From assembly GCA_963710375.1 (NCBI GenBank), contig CAVPZX010000005.1, forward strand, positions 416,001-480,000: a stretch of DNA of 64,000 bases, read 5' to 3'. Of the stretch, positions 31,296 to 44,162 are shown piece by piece (the stretch's first letter is position 1; the number at the start of each line of letters is the position of its first letter). The notes beneath the pieces are model-generated. The model was given only the letters and a program-made list of their open reading frames with translations. It ran no database searches and was not told the DNA's origin. This stretch comes from Nitrospirota bacterium (GTDB lineage: Bacteria; Nitrospirota; Thermodesulfovibrionia; Thermodesulfovibrionales; Dissulfurispiraceae). Position numbers and translations under genes: made by a program.

Positions 31296-32533
31296 GATCT
31301 GCTTTTGATTATATAAGCGTAATATGCCGCGGCATTGGTGGGCTTGCGTTCCATTGTGTTGAAGTTAACCCGGTAGAGGCCGAACCTGGCATCGAGTCCC
31401 TGCAGCCATTCGTAGTTATCGATCAGAGACCAGTAGAAATAGCCCCTGACATCGATACCGTCATTGATGCTTTTTTCGAGTGCGTCAATATGCCTTTTCA
31501 TATATTTAATTTTTTTCTGTCCGTCGCGGGTTGCAATACCGTTCTCGGTAATGATCAGAGGCACATTAAGCTTTGAAGCGTATCTCAGGACCTTTTCGAG
31601 ACCGCGCGGATGTATTTCCCATCCCATATCGGTCAGTCCATATCCGTCAATGTCCCTGTTCCTCAGTTCAACTCCCATCTTCTTAAACGGATTAAACCGT
31701 ATATGCACGCGTGTATAATAGTTGACCCCAAAGAAGTCCAACTTGTTTTTAATGGGGACAGGAATATTTATTTCGTTTTTAAAAGGGAACTTTACCTTCA
31801 GAACGCCGGTCAAAAAAGCATCCAGCAGCGAATGGTTGTAAAAATACTTGGCGATTTTTGACAGAAGCCTGTCCAGCGGGTTGAACCGGTGCCATGGCGC
31901 CAGGGCCGCCATATTATGCGCCACGCTGACCATTGGTGTAATCCCGTGTTTTTTTGCCTGCTCATGAATAAGGTCGTATGCCTTTGCGTGGCAGACAAGT
32001 ATGTTTTGCAGCGCCTTTATGGCAAGCGAGGGGTCGCGAATACCGGGCGGCATACAGCCTTCCAGATAACCGCCCAACAGTAGCACATAGGGCTCATTGA
32101 ATGTTATCCAGTAGCGTACCCCCTTGAGAGATGCCACCACTGTGTCGAGAAATTTCAAGAATTTGTCTACCGAAGCGTCTTCATGCCAGGGATATTTTTT
32201 GATGAACCACAGGGGGTGGGTAAAGTGGTTTAGCGTGACCATCGGTTCGATATTGTTCTGAATAAGTATATCGATGATTTCCTGATAGTGTGCCAGCGAT
32301 GCAGTGTCCCAAGTATTTTCCCTGGGCTGGATCCTGCTCCACTCTATGGAAAAACGATAGGAGTTGACGCCGAGGTTTTTTAACAGGAGCAGGTCTTCTT
32401 TGTAAAGCGTATAATGGTTGGTTACATTGGGCTTTTCACTGAGTATGGCGTCCCATGAGGTCCAGTCTGCATATGGAGAACCCTCGAGCTGAAATGCGGA
32501 TGTAGCAACACCCCAAAGAAATCCTTTATTCAT
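31292..32533 (-). CDS. Glycoside hydrolase family 1 (beta-glucosidase)
   Basis: FLWGVATSAFQ, TFNEP, ITENG, DNYEW. Confidence 0.93.
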   Translation of the reverse strand: MNKGFLWGVATSAFQLEGSPYADWTSWDAILSEKPNVTNHYTLYKEDLLLLKNLGVNSYRFSIEWSRIQPRENTWDTASLAHYQEIIDILIQNNIEPMVTLNHFTHPLWFIKKYPWHEDASVDKFLKFLDTVVASLKGVRYWITFNEPYVLLLGGYLEGCMPPGIRDPSLAIKALQNILVCHAKAYDLIHEQAKKHGITPMVSVAHNMAALAPWHRFNPLDRLLSKIAKYFYNHSLLDAFLTGVLKVKFPFKNEINIPVPIKNKLDFFGVNYYTRVHIRFNPFKKMGVELRNRDIDGYGLTDMGWEIHPRGLEKVLRYASKLNVPLIITENGIATRDGQKKIKYMKRHIDALEKSINDGIDVRGYFYWSLIDNYEWLQGLDARFGLYRVNFNTMERKPTNAAAYYAYIIKSRS

Positions 32534-32554
32534 GAAATCTGTTTCAGTTCTTTT

Positions 32555-34405
32555 TTACCCCATCTTTCGTCTGTCGCGTTCTATCCAGGAACCGCTCTTC
32601 ATTTTAGCGGCCTTTTTGACTTCTGTTGCGATAGAGGCGAGTTGTGCATATGATTCGAGCTTGTAGACCTCTGTGCTGACTATTCCTATCGAAAGGGAAA
32701 GAAGACTGTATGTTTCCTCCTCACCTTTGCGGTTTTTGGAAATATATTCTCCATTATTGAAATCAGCAGTTCCATGGAGTTCCGGCAACTCTGCTTCAAA
32801 ATGAGAAATAACCTTTTCGCAAACCGGGATCGAAATCTGCGATCGGGTAACGATAATAAAATCATCACCACCGATATGGCCGACAAAATTAAAACTTCCC
32901 GTATCAAATAGTTTTACAGTTTCCTGCAGTACATGGGCAAGTTTTTTAATTACAATATCTCCTCTTTCAAATCCGTAATGGTCATTGAACGGTTTAAAAT
33001 TGTTGATATCAACATAACAGACATCGAAATGCATATTTTGCGATAATTTCTTCTCTATGTCCCTCTGGATAAATTCATTTCCCGGAAGTCCGGAGAGAGG
33101 GTTTGCACCTTTTGCAAGAATAAGACTCCTCTCTGTCATAGCATCAAGAAGAGCGCTGATAGCCACAGTGCCGAAATATTTGCCGTTTTTTGTAATGCAA
33201 ATATCATCATAAAGGAATTCCGACTTCCTGGCATTTATTCTGCGCGCCACTTCTTCGAGTGTAGTGTTAGACTCAACCACCATAAACTGGCGGTCCATCA
33301 GCTTCGACACGTTTTTGTAAGAATTAAGCGCAAAGCCGTAACCGCATCTTCCGAGTATCTGGTTCTCTAGAAACCAGTTCCTGTGGAGCATCCCAAGCAC
33401 CTGTCCGTCATCCACTGCCGGCAGTCCCCTGAGTATCGGGTCCTTTATGAAACGATTGAATGCGGTCATGACAGATGAATTAGGGTGTATGGGTTCTACG
33501 TAATTGGCTACTTCGCCTATTAAACTTTGTTCCTCTCTGCCCGATATATTATTTTTTTTCCTGTTTTGTAAAATAGGTATGCAGGCATGGTCACCGTTGA
33601 GCATCGGAGACGGCTTATGCAGCAAGTATCCCTGCAACAGTTCAATGCCCATATTGAGAATTGCCTCAAGTTCTTCCTGCTGCTCAATGCCCTCCGCAAT
33701 TACTTTTATCCCCATTCTATGACACGCAGTGGCTATTGAATCAACAAGATTGAACTTTACAATTGCCTTATCTATATTTGACACAAAATGCCGGTCAATC
33801 TTGACAAAATCAGGCTCGATAATAGAGAGCATCTTGAGGCCGCCGTGTCCTGCGCCGAAATCATCAATCGCGATCTTATACCCCCTTCCCCTATAATACT
33901 CAATGGATTCCTTGAAAAGGTTATAGTTATGGATGGCGCTTTCTTCGGTAATTTCAAGAATTATACGGTCTTTCGGTATGCCCGATCTCTCCAGCAGTTC
34001 ATCGGTTATACCTGCCCTGTGACCGGTGTCCATCATAGTGTCGGGGCATACATTTATAAATAAATGAACTTCTTTTGTGTTTAACCCCAAAGTTGCCGCC
34101 TGGTTAATGGCATTTTCCCTGCAGTGAACATCCAGTGTCGATATCGTATTGGTCAGAATTGCTTTCCGGAACAGTTCGCTGATATCCGCGAAAGGATGCT
34201 CTCCTTTAATCCTCGTTAATGCCTCATATCCGAAAACCTTTCCTTCAATAGAAGAAAAGATTGGCTGGAAATGAACAGTAAGGGCATTATGATCCAGCAA
34301 ATCTAAAATACTCTGCTTGCATGCCTTGTTGGTATCGTTGGCATCGTAAAAAATTTCCTCTTTACCACTCAATTGCCATTTTAATCGGATTGCCATAATC
34401 AACAT
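32555..34405 (-). CDS. EAL-CBS-GGDEF c-di-GMP signalling protein (RapA-like architecture)
   Basis: EALTR, DDFGAG, EGIE, CBS-like middle region, GGDDF. Confidence 0.9.
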   Translation of the reverse strand: MLIMAIRLKWQLSGKEEIFYDANDTNKACKQSILDLLDHNALTVHFQPIFSSIEGKVFGYEALTRIKGEHPFADISELFRKAILTNTISTLDVHCRENAINQAATLGLNTKEVHLFINVCPDTMMDTGHRAGITDELLERSGIPKDRIILEITEESAIHNYNLFKESIEYYRGRGYKIAIDDFGAGHGGLKMLSIIEPDFVKIDRHFVSNIDKAIVKFNLVDSIATACHRMGIKVIAEGIEQQEELEAILNMGIELLQGYLLHKPSPMLNGDHACIPILQNRKKNNISGREEQSLIGEVANYVEPIHPNSSVMTAFNRFIKDPILRGLPAVDDGQVLGMLHRNWFLENQILGRCGYGFALNSYKNVSKLMDRQFMVVESNTTLEEVARRINARKSEFLYDDICITKNGKYFGTVAISALLDAMTERSLILAKGANPLSGLPGNEFIQRDIEKKLSQNMHFDVCYVDINNFKPFNDHYGFERGDIVIKKLAHVLQETVKLFDTGSFNFVGHIGGDDFIIVTRSQISIPVCEKVISHFEAELPELHGTADFNNGEYISKNRKGEEETYSLLSLSIGIVSTEVYKLESYAQLASIATEVKKAAKMKSGSWIERDRRKMG

Positions 34406-34486
34406 CTCCCTTTTGCGTCCGGCATATAGACAATTCGCTGATGATTATTAACACTTTTTTTATCGCATGATGTGCTATGGAGTTGT

Positions 34487-34530
34487 AGTCTACAACAGCG
34501 AATGTTACAGGAATATTACAATATAATGAA
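34487..34530 (-). promoter_or_regulatory. Pho-box-like array and -10
   Basis: Minus-strand TTCAT/GTAAT/GTAAC at 34526, 34515, 34504; TAGACT 11 bp downstream. Confidence 0.55.
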
Positions 34531-34671
34531 GATATTGAGAATGACACGAGAAAAAACATCTGGAAATCATGGCAGTACATAGAGACATACAAGAATTGTT
34601 GAATGTTATTTTTTATCGATAAATCATGGACTTTTTTATTAATTCAATATTCAAATTCAACATCTGAAGCA

Positions 34672-36895
34672 TTACCTGTTGTTCTTGCGGAACATTTCGG
34701 AGAGCGCATTAAACCTCCTGTCAGAAACCATTTGTTCAATGTTTGCCGGAGTTTTCTGCATCCAGTTGGGATATGATCCAGTTATGCCGGGTATATTCTG
34801 TTGGTCGACCGTGCCGATGATATCATCAAGACTGACTGCCACCAGTTTGCAGGAGGTTCGTGCCAGGTATTCATAGATGGCAAGGCATAATTCCGGTGAC
34901 ATATCGGGCGCGAGTCTAAAATCATCCGGAACGATGCCCTGGGATTTAAGGGCGTCGAGCATAAGCATTCTGTCACGCTCCCTGTCTTTGAGGCTCCGAT
35001 GCATCATCTCACTATCATGGTACACGTTCAACTGCTTCTTTACCCTGATGTCCCTGCCGGACCAGTAACCGTACACTGTCGGCAAGTCGTGTGTAGTTAT
35101 TGAGCAGAGGGCCATGGGAGGGTACTGTTCAGGGTGTCTGAATGAAGGGTCAGGATAGTTTCTTTCAAAATAGAAAAGCCTGTAAGAAAGCATCCCGAAC
35201 CTAAGGAGAGTTTCACGAACGTTTTCTCCCAATGTGCCGAGGTCTTCTGCTATTACCATCGTCTTGTTCCGCACGCTTTCAAGCGCAATTATTCTGAGAA
35301 AATCCTCTTCGGGACAGGCCACATAGGCGCCCTTTTCAGCAGGCATGCCTCCTGGTATCCAGAAAAGCCTGAACAAACCGAGCGCATGGTCAATTCTCAA
35401 TGCGCCGTTATATTTCATGTTCTTTGCTATCAGTTGTATAAAAAAATCATAACCGGTCTCTTTGAGTTTTCCGGAAATTACAGGCGGGAAAGTCCAGTTT
35501 TGTCCGTTGGGGTTGAAATCGTCGGGCGGCGCTCCTACATCTACGTGATCAGCGGTAATGCCCTGATGGTTCCATGAATCGGAGCCGCCGCCTATTGAGC
35601 CGATAGCGAGGTCATGGTATATGCCCAACTGCATTCCAAGACTAAATGCCAGCTCCGCCGTCTCCCTGTGCTGCTCATCTACAAGCCACTGTACATACTT
35701 ATGGAAAAGCAGATCTTTTTCATGTAATGCCCTGAATTCCCGGACCGCATCGCTGAGTGGATTGAGAAACTCTTCCGGCCAGTCCTGCCATATATGGGTA
35801 TTATGCACACTGTTCATATGCTCCCATAAGGCCGAAAACAGGGCAAATGAATCAAGAGCCGCTCCCTCTTGTTCAATGTACTTTCTGAAATCACAGACTG
35901 CGGGGCGAGTTGTTTTCGTATTCGCCCTGATAGAAATAATCGAATGCATGTCTGAGTATGCTCTTTTTCAAAAAGGCGATCTTCTCATATTCGACCAGGT
36001 CTCCATCTATTGCGGCGCTCATCTCTTTTTTGAAGATATCCGAAATCATCGTCTCCTGTGCACGTTCGGAAGCGTTCACTTCATGAATGGCATCCATATC
36101 GAGATATATGAAATTTTTATAAAATCTGCTGATGGGTGAGTAGGGGCTGATAGCGAAAGGCATTTTATTAGGAATGGCATGCAACGGGTTTATACCCACA
36201 AAGTCGCCCTTAAGCTCAGCAGTGAACTTGATGATGGTCTTTAGGTCGGTAAAATCGCCGACACCCCAGTTCCTCGAAGAACGAAGTGAATAGAGATTAA
36301 TTGAGAGCCCCCAGGTCTTGCGGTTTTCAAGCTCCGGGGGGGTATAACAGGTATCCGGAGTGATAATGATTCGACAGGTCTTCTCCAGTACAGCGCCTCC
36401 ACCAGGGAAAATATTTTCGGGGTGCCTGCATATGACCGTTGCACGATAGTAACCGATATCTCTGAAACCCTTGTCAGTCAAATCAACTTTGACGTACCTG
36501 GCGCCGCCAATCCACTGCTGGTCTTTAACTGTCAGGCTGTTGCCGGTAAATGTTAACTCTTCCCGATGCCCGTGCTCATCTTCGAGATAACATGAAAGAG
36601 TCAGCCGGTGTTCTTCACCCTCATTTACTGGAACATGCGCAGCAATAGTAAAAGGCTGTGCATTGACTGACAGCACCTTCACAGGATCGATAAAACTGCT
36701 CCATGGTTTGCACTGCTCCCTTGCAATCGCCGACGCCAGGCTTTCGGTTGAGTCAACGTCTATCTTCATTGACTTGAGGATGGCCTTTTTCGTATCAATT
36801 GAAGCAATATGCCGGTTGCCGAAGATGTCCCAGTACTCGGGGACGATCCCGCAGAGGTGTGACAATTGCTCAATCAACTCGTCGTAATGGGACAT
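34672..36895 (-). CDS. malQ: 4-alpha-glucanotransferase (GH77); +1 frameshift near 35895
   Basis: GVGDFTDL, SPYSPISR in the upstream ORF; DLAIG, RIDHALG, AEDLG, THDLPT in the downstream ORF. Confidence 0.88.
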
Positions 36896-37010
36896 GCGAA
36901 CCTTTCCGGAGCAACCCATTAAAATGGGTAAACAGCCTACAGAATTGTACAGTATAAGAAATTATTTGTCATCATTTGGCTCAGCATCTTGAATCATATG
37001 CTAAGCATAA

Positions 37011-38456
<1,446 letters not shown>

Positions 38457-38463
<7 letters not shown>

Positions 38464-38540
38464 GGTTGAGGTTGAGGTTGAGGTTGAGAAACAGCTAAAG
38501 GAGACTCTGTCTTAGTCTTAACCTCAACCTTAACCTCTTT
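38457..38540. repeat. (AGGTTG)5 plus inverted degenerate copies between convergent gltX and glnS
   Basis: Five tandem AGGTTG at 38457-38486; TTAACCTCAACCTTAACCTC near 38518-38538. Confidence 0.85.
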
Positions 38541-40221
38541 GCTTTGCCTTCTGTATTTTTGCCCACTCATCCTTCAGGGTAACGGTCCGGTTAAAAACCA
38601 GCCTTTCAGGAGTCGAATCCTCGGAATCAACGCAGAAATAGCCCATTCTCTCAAACTGGTATCTGCTTCCCGGCGCTGCATTTTTCAGTCCCGGTTCCAC
38701 CCTGCACGACGAGAGAGTCTCCAGCGACTTAGGATTTAAGTAATCGGTAAATTCCTTGCCCTCTTCAACGTCGTTTGGGTTCTCCTTTGTGAAGAGACTA
38801 TCATAGAGACGCACCTCAGCCTCTAACGAGTGTGGAGCGGAAACCCAATGCAGCGTTGCCTTGACTTTACGTTTGTCCGGGGCATCGCCCCCGCGGGTAG
38901 CCGGGTCGTAGGTGCAATGAATTTCCGTTATCTCGCCATTCGCATCCTTTTTCACATCAACGCACTTCACAAAATAGGCATACCTCAACCGCACTTCACG
39001 GCCAGGCGCAAGACGGAAAAATTGTTTGGGCGGGTTTTCCATAAAGTCCTCCCTCTCGATGTAGAGTTCCCGTGAGAAAGGCACGTTACGCGAACCCGCA
39101 TTGGGGTCTTCGGGGTTATTGACCGCATCCAGGTATTCCACCTCTCCTGCGTTATAGTTATCGATGACCACTTTTAAAGGCCGTAACACCGCCATTACCC
39201 GGGGAGCACGCTTGTTCAGGTCTTCCCTCACACAGAATTCCAACAGCTCGATGGCAGCCATGCTCTCCCTTTTGCCGACGCCGATGCGCTCGCAGAAATT
39301 CCTTATGGATTCGGGTGTGTATCCGCGTCTGCGGATACCTGCAAGGGTCGGCATACGCGGGTCGTTCCATCCCTCAACAAAACCTCCGTTCACCAACTTC
39401 AGGAGCCTGCGTTTGCTAAGCACCGTGTAACTCAGGTTGAGACGGGCGAATTCAATCTGCTGAGGGTGGTAGATATGCAATTCATCTATGAACCAGTCGT
39501 AGAGTGGCCGATGGTCTTCGTATTCCATGGTGCAGATGGAGTGGGTCACTCCTTCGATAGAGTCGGAAATGCCATGGGCATAGTCGTACATGGGATAGAT
39601 GCACCATTTGTCACCTGTCCGGTGATGAGACTCTTTTTTTATCCGGTACATTACCGGGTCTCTCATGTTGATATTGCCGGAGGCCATATCGATCTTTGCC
39701 CTCAATACGCGCGCACCGTCTTCAAATTCACCTGCCTTCATACGCTCGAAAAGATCGAGGTTTTCATCTACAGAGCGATTACGGTAAGGGCTATCCTTAC
39801 CAGGGGCCGTCAGTGTGCCGCGATATTCCCGTATTTGCTCGGCGCTCAAGTCGCACACATATGCCTTGCCCTCTCTTATAAGCTGTACCGCATAATCATA
39901 GAGTTTATCGAAATAGTCGGATGCATAGTAGAGACGGTCACCCCAGTCGAACCCGAGCCAGCGGACATCCGCCTCTATTGACTCAACATACTCCACCTCT
40001 TCTTTGCTCGGGTTAGTATCGTCGAAACGAAAATTGCAAAGACCGCCAAACTCCAGTGCAAGACCGAAATTAAGGCAGATTGATTTGGCATGTCCTATGT
40101 GCAGGTATCCGTTAGGCTCGGGCGGAAAGCGCGTCATAAGCCGTCCGCCGAACTTGCCGGTCTTCATATCTTCAGCTGCAATGGCGCGAATGAAATTAGA
40201 TGCCGCTGCCGGTGTTTCCAT
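38530..40221 (-). CDS. glnS: Glutamine--tRNA ligase
   Basis: [23 protein letters not shown]. Confidence 0.97.
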   Translation of the reverse strand: METPAAASNFIRAIAAEDMKTGKFGGRLMTRFPPEPNGYLHIGHAKSICLNFGLALEFGGLCNFRFDDTNPSKEEVEYVESIEADVRWLGFDWGDRLYYASDYFDKLYDYAVQLIREGKAYVCDLSAEQIREYRGTLTAPGKDSPYRNRSVDENLDLFERMKAGEFEDGARVLRAKIDMASGNINMRDPVMYRIKKESHHRTGDKWCIYPMYDYAHGISDSIEGVTHSICTMEYEDHRPLYDWFIDELHIYHPQQIEFARLNLSYTVLSKRRLLKLVNGGFVEGWNDPRMPTLAGIRRRGYTPESIRNFCERIGVGKRESMAAIELLEFCVREDLNKRAPRVMAVLRPLKVVIDNYNAGEVEYLDAVNNPEDPNAGSRNVPFSRELYIEREDFMENPPKQFFRLAPGREVRLRYAYFVKCVDVKKDANGEITEIHCTYDPATRGGDAPDKRKVKATLHWVSAPHSLEAEVRLYDSLFTKENPNDVEEGKEFTDYLNPKSLETLSSCRVEPGLKNAAPGSRYQFERMGYFCVDSEDSTPERLVFNRTVTLKDEWAKIQKAKQRG

Positions 40222-40294
40222 AACTACCCTTACCTTAGTCTGTTTTATAATGGCTCAAGAGATTTTATTTTAACATATAATAAAAAACCGTTAT

Positions 40295-40489
40295 CTGCAA
40301 TTCGGACACTGGATAAGTTTCTGAAGCGAATCGCGGAGTCCTGGTAACAGTTCTCGGCGAGTAAGCGTATAGCAGGCGCGAAACTGAAGACCGAAGGGCT
40401 GAATTTTGCGCCTGTAGCGTGACGAGCCGTTAGAACTGTCAAGACGCAGCGTCTGAGCGTAAGAGACTTATCCAGTGTCTGAATTGCAG
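40295..40489. mobile_element. MITE-like element, 24-bp TIR with CTGCAATTCRGACA end
   Basis: CTGCAATTCGGACACTGGATAAGT ... ACTTATCCAGTGTCTGAATTGCAG (1 mismatch); interior folds as nested hairpins. Confidence 0.75.
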
Positions 40490-40559
40490 CGCCGTTCTAT
40501 TCGGCGTTGTGCGTACCGCGTTACTCCTGCTATAATAAATCGATTAAGTTTTCTTCTTT

Positions 40560-40643
40560 GCCGAAGTGGCGGAACTGGCAGACGCGCTAGGTTCAGGGTC
40601 TAGTGGTCGCAAGGCCGTGCGGGTTCGAGTCCCGCCTTCGGCA
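40560..40643 (+). tRNA. tRNA-Leu(CAG)
   Basis: GCCGAAG/CTTCGGC acceptor stem, CTAGG-TTCAGGG-TCTAG anticodon arm, long variable arm, GTTCGA. Confidence 0.95.
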
Positions 40644-40707
40644 TTTTTATTAGGCTACTTCCTCAGCGGTCAAAATTTCGAACAAAGAAACCGGATGTTT
40701 CTCATTC

Positions 40708-41382
40708 TCAGCTCTTCCTGGTCTGATCGAGGGACCATTCCATGGGATCGAGCAGCGTGTATCCCATGTTCTCGAGTTTTCTTTTAACCTTGGCGACATT
40801 GAGGGTCAACAGGTATGGGAAGACAGCCCTTTTGCCTTTTTCCCAGTGTCTGGCTACAAGAATGCTGCCGAATGATATCCCCTCTTCAGTAATTGCATCC
40901 ACGATTTTCTTCATTTGCCCCAATTTATCTTCTACTACCAGACACACGAGAGTCCCGGGTTCTTCAATACCCAGCACATTGATAAATGCGCGGATCAGAT
41001 CGCGTGTCGAGATAATTCCAGTCAATTTCCCATCCTGGTCGACAACAGGCAATGCGCCTTTGTTACTCTTCTGCAGAAGCAGAAGTGCATCCTCAAGGGT
41101 GTCCATGGGAGAAATGGTGATCACCTTTTTATGCATGACATCCCGAACCTTAAGAGCCGACATTTGTTGTATTTCTTTCAAGTCTTCCCCACTCTTGGAA
41201 AAGACGGACGGCATCGCACTTCTTATATCACGGTCGCTGATAATCCCCACCACTTTATTATATTCATCAACCACCGGCAGATGCCTGACATTGTTCTCTT
41301 CCATCTTTCTCTTTGCTTCGAGGACGCCGTCATCAGGTCCAATTGTAATGACCCTTCGCGTCATAGACTTATTGATAAACAT
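40708..41382 (-). CDS. CBS-pair plus ACT protein (AcuB-like)
   Basis: Two CBS domains (HLPVVD, GIISDRDI), C-terminal ACT-like domain. Confidence 0.85.
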   Translation of the reverse strand: MFINKSMTRRVITIGPDDGVLEAKRKMEENNVRHLPVVDEYNKVVGIISDRDIRSAMPSVFSKSGEDLKEIQQMSALKVRDVMHKKVITISPMDTLEDALLLLQKSNKGALPVVDQDGKLTGIISTRDLIRAFINVLGIEEPGTLVCLVVEDKLGQMKKIVDAITEEGISFGSILVARHWEKGKRAVFPYLLTLNVAKVKRKLENMGYTLLDPMEWSLDQTRKS

Positions 41383-41393
41383 GGTACCCCCTT

Positions 41394-42350
41394 TCAGGCT
41401 TTGCAGCCGAGAAGAATTTTAACATGATTTCTTGCCAGTTCAGGCAGGCGGTTCAGTGCGTATCCCCCTTCGAGAACAGAGATGATCCGTCCACCCGAAT
41501 ATTTGTCGGCCATCCCAACAATATTCTCCATAATCCATGAAAAGCACTCCGTCGAAAGCTTTATATCGGACATGTCATCGTCAACATGGGCATCGAAACC
41601 TGCGGACACAAGAATAAATTCAGGTTTAAACTCTTCGAAAGCCGGGAACAGGTCTTTTTCAAGCAATGTCTTATACTCCTCGTCTCCCCAGCCCGGCAAC
41701 GCCGGCGAGTTCAGGGTGAATCCGTAGCCCTCACCTGCTCCTCTCTCAAACTCCCTGCCTGTACCGGGATAGGCAAATGAAGGATGTTCATGAATAGAAT
41801 AATAATACACCGAAGGGTCATCCAAAAAAATGTTCTGTGTGCCGTTGCCGTGATGGACATCAAAATCCACTATGCCTATCCGCTGCAATTTCCATTTACG
41901 CCTCAGGTACCTGGCGGCAATGGCTATGTTGTTGAAATAGCAAAATCCCATGACCTTGCTCACTTCTGCATGATGTCCGGGCGGCCTGACAGCGCAGAAG
42001 GCATTGTCTATCTCTCCCTGCATCACAAGATCGACGGTATCGAGAATTCCCCCCACAGCCAGCATTGCGGTTTCAAAGGTCTCGCGGCACATCTTATTAT
42101 CGGGATGATCAAGCTCGTTCAACCCCCAATTACACGCTTCTTCAAAGCGTATTATGAGTTTCATGCTGTGCACAAGCTCAATCCACTCCTGGTCAGCCCG
42201 GCGGGCCTTTATGAGTCTCACTTTGGAGATAAGACCCGCCTCTTCAAGCCCCTTGTATATCGCCAGCAGTCGTGCGGAACACTCCGGATGTTCGGGTCCG
42301 GTGTCGTGGAGCAAAAACCTCTCGTCGTACAGAAATCCTGTTTTTCTCAT
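41394..42350 (-). CDS. Histone deacetylase family protein
   Basis: RPPGHH, GFCYFNN, DFDVHHGNGT, SAGFD, LEGGY. Confidence 0.93.
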   Translation of the reverse strand: MRKTGFLYDERFLLHDTGPEHPECSARLLAIYKGLEEAGLISKVRLIKARRADQEWIELVHSMKLIIRFEEACNWGLNELDHPDNKMCRETFETAMLAVGGILDTVDLVMQGEIDNAFCAVRPPGHHAEVSKVMGFCYFNNIAIAARYLRRKWKLQRIGIVDFDVHHGNGTQNIFLDDPSVYYYSIHEHPSFAYPGTGREFERGAGEGYGFTLNSPALPGWGDEEYKTLLEKDLFPAFEEFKPEFILVSAGFDAHVDDDMSDIKLSTECFSWIMENIVGMADKYSGGRIISVLEGGYALNRLPELARNHVKILLGCKA

Positions 42351-42506
42351 TGAGCCATCAAACACCTAAGTACTTTAAAACTTCTTTAACGGTTTTTTCT
42401 ACCCTGAACCTATTTTTTCCCCTTATTATAATGCGGGGCTGTTTTCTTGTTTTGAAGTCAACTGCTATATTAATAAAGTGCTTAAAAAGAGAGCGTAGGG
42501 AGAGTT

Positions 42507-43163
42507 ATGCATACAAGGGACAATAAGAACTTTAGATTCATTTCCGCTGATCGTGATATCCAGTCCCTCGATCTCATAGAACAGATGTTGGAGTCGGAGT
42601 TCCCGAGAATTTCGAGCGACCTTGGAAATCCTCAAGCCGACAACAAAATCACGGTCCAAATTTTTCCAGATCTGATTTCTTTTCATTCGGCAATCGGCAT
42701 TGATAATCCTCAGCCCTGGATGATCGGAGATGCCAGACCAGGCCTCATCAGGATAGTATCTCCGCTTAACCCTGGGCCTAGGCATTCAATGGAGAGTATT
42801 TTGCAATGTGCAATTCACGAAATGGCCCATGTTCTGACATTCTTTATTAATTTTGAAATACCTTCATGGCTGAGCGAGGGGATAGCAACATGGGAGGCCG
42901 GGCAGAAGGAACGGATGGACATCGTCTACAAACACCTGGACCAAAATAATATGCCGACATTCGACGACTTAAATGAGTTTCCCTGTTCCTATGATGTATA
43001 TCCATTCTCGTATAGTGTTATTGAGTTCTTAAAGGCGACATATGGGTTCTCCAAGATAATAGAACTCGTCGCCGATTTTTCTTCACCCGAAAAGACCCTT
43101 GGCAAAACTTTGTCTGAAATAAGAGAAGACTGGATTGAATATCTGAGGAAGCAAAAGGATTGA
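42507..43163 (+). CDS. Peptidase MA-like zinc metalloprotease
   Basis: HEMAH ... WLSEGIA. Confidence 0.7.
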   Translation: MHTRDNKNFRFISADRDIQSLDLIEQMLESEFPRISSDLGNPQADNKITVQIFPDLISFHSAIGIDNPQPWMIGDARPGLIRIVSPLNPGPRHSMESILQCAIHEMAHVLTFFINFEIPSWLSEGIATWEAGQKERMDIVYKHLDQNNMPTFDDLNEFPCSYDVYPFSYSVIEFLKATYGFSKIIELVADFSSPEKTLGKTLSEIREDWIEYLRKQKD

Positions 43164-43240
43164 GAGTTCTGACCCCGAAAGTCATCTGCCTGGTTATGGT
43201 AAAATATTTAATTATTGCAAATTGCGAACCGAGGTAAAAT

Positions 43241-44149
43241 ATGGGAGTTCTGGATTGCATCGGCAAAACGCCGCTCATAAAACTGGATGTCTTAAATCCG
43301 AATCCGGATGTCGAGATATTTGCAAAACTTGAGGGCAACAATCCTGCCGGCTCGATAAAAGACCGTCCCGCCTTCTATATGATTGAGGCGGCGGAGAAGT
43401 GTGGAGAGTTGACAAGAGATAAAATAATTCTCGAGGCAACCTCAGGCAATACCGGTATCGGGCTGGCTATGGTTGCAACTGCAAAAAAATACAGAGTTAA
43501 GCTTACCATGCCTGCCTGCGTAAGCTTGGAAAGAAGGAAGGTGCTGGAGGCTTTTGGAGCAGAGCTTATACTGAGCCCTGCTGAAGAGGGTACAGATGGG
43601 GCGATCCGGCTTGCTCATAAAATAATGTCCGAAACCCCTCACCTTTATTATATGCCGAACCAGTTTGATAACCCGGCCAACGCACTGGCACATTATGAGA
43701 CAACCGGCAAGGAGGTTATAGAGCAGACGGGTGGCAGAATTACACATTTTGTGGCCGGCATAGGGACCTCAGGCACTCTCATGGGAGCCGGAAGACGGCT
43801 CAAGGAATTCAATAGCGCCATTAAGGTCATCGGTGTCGAACCTGTTATGGGCCACAGAATACAGGGTCTCAAGAATATGTCTGAGTCAATTGTCCCCAAG
43901 ATTTTTGACCCGGCTCGTCTTGATGAGCGGTACATTGTCAATGATGAAGAGGCCTTCGATACAACAAGGATGCTTACGATTAAGGAAGGAATTTTTGCGG
44001 GTATGTCGAGCGGCGCTGCAATGTACATCGCCATCAAAAAGTCAAGCGAACTAAAGAGCGGGGTAATCGTAGTCCCGTTTCCAGACAGGGGCGATCGCTA
44101 TCTTTCAACGGCTCTTTTCACATCCGTTTGCGGAAAATGCCCTCCTTAG
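43241..44149 (+). CDS. cysM: Cysteine synthase (CysM/CysK family)
   Basis: [24 protein letters not shown]. Confidence 0.9.
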   Translation: MGVLDCIGKTPLIKLDVLNPNPDVEIFAKLEGNNPAGSIKDRPAFYMIEAAEKCGELTRDKIILEATSGNTGIGLAMVATAKKYRVKLTMPACVSLERRKVLEAFGAELILSPAEEGTDGAIRLAHKIMSETPHLYYMPNQFDNPANALAHYETTGKEVIEQTGGRITHFVAGIGTSGTLMGAGRRLKEFNSAIKVIGVEPVMGHRIQGLKNMSESIVPKIFDPARLDERYIVNDEEAFDTTRMLTIKEGIFAGMSSGAAMYIAIKKSSELKSGVIVVPFPDRGDRYLSTALFTSVCGKCPP

Positions 44150-44162
44150 GACTCGCGAGCCA

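Noticed and set aside
35885..35950. malQ as two genes
   Set aside because: A single +1 shift joins the two halves of one GH77 protein; error or recent lesion
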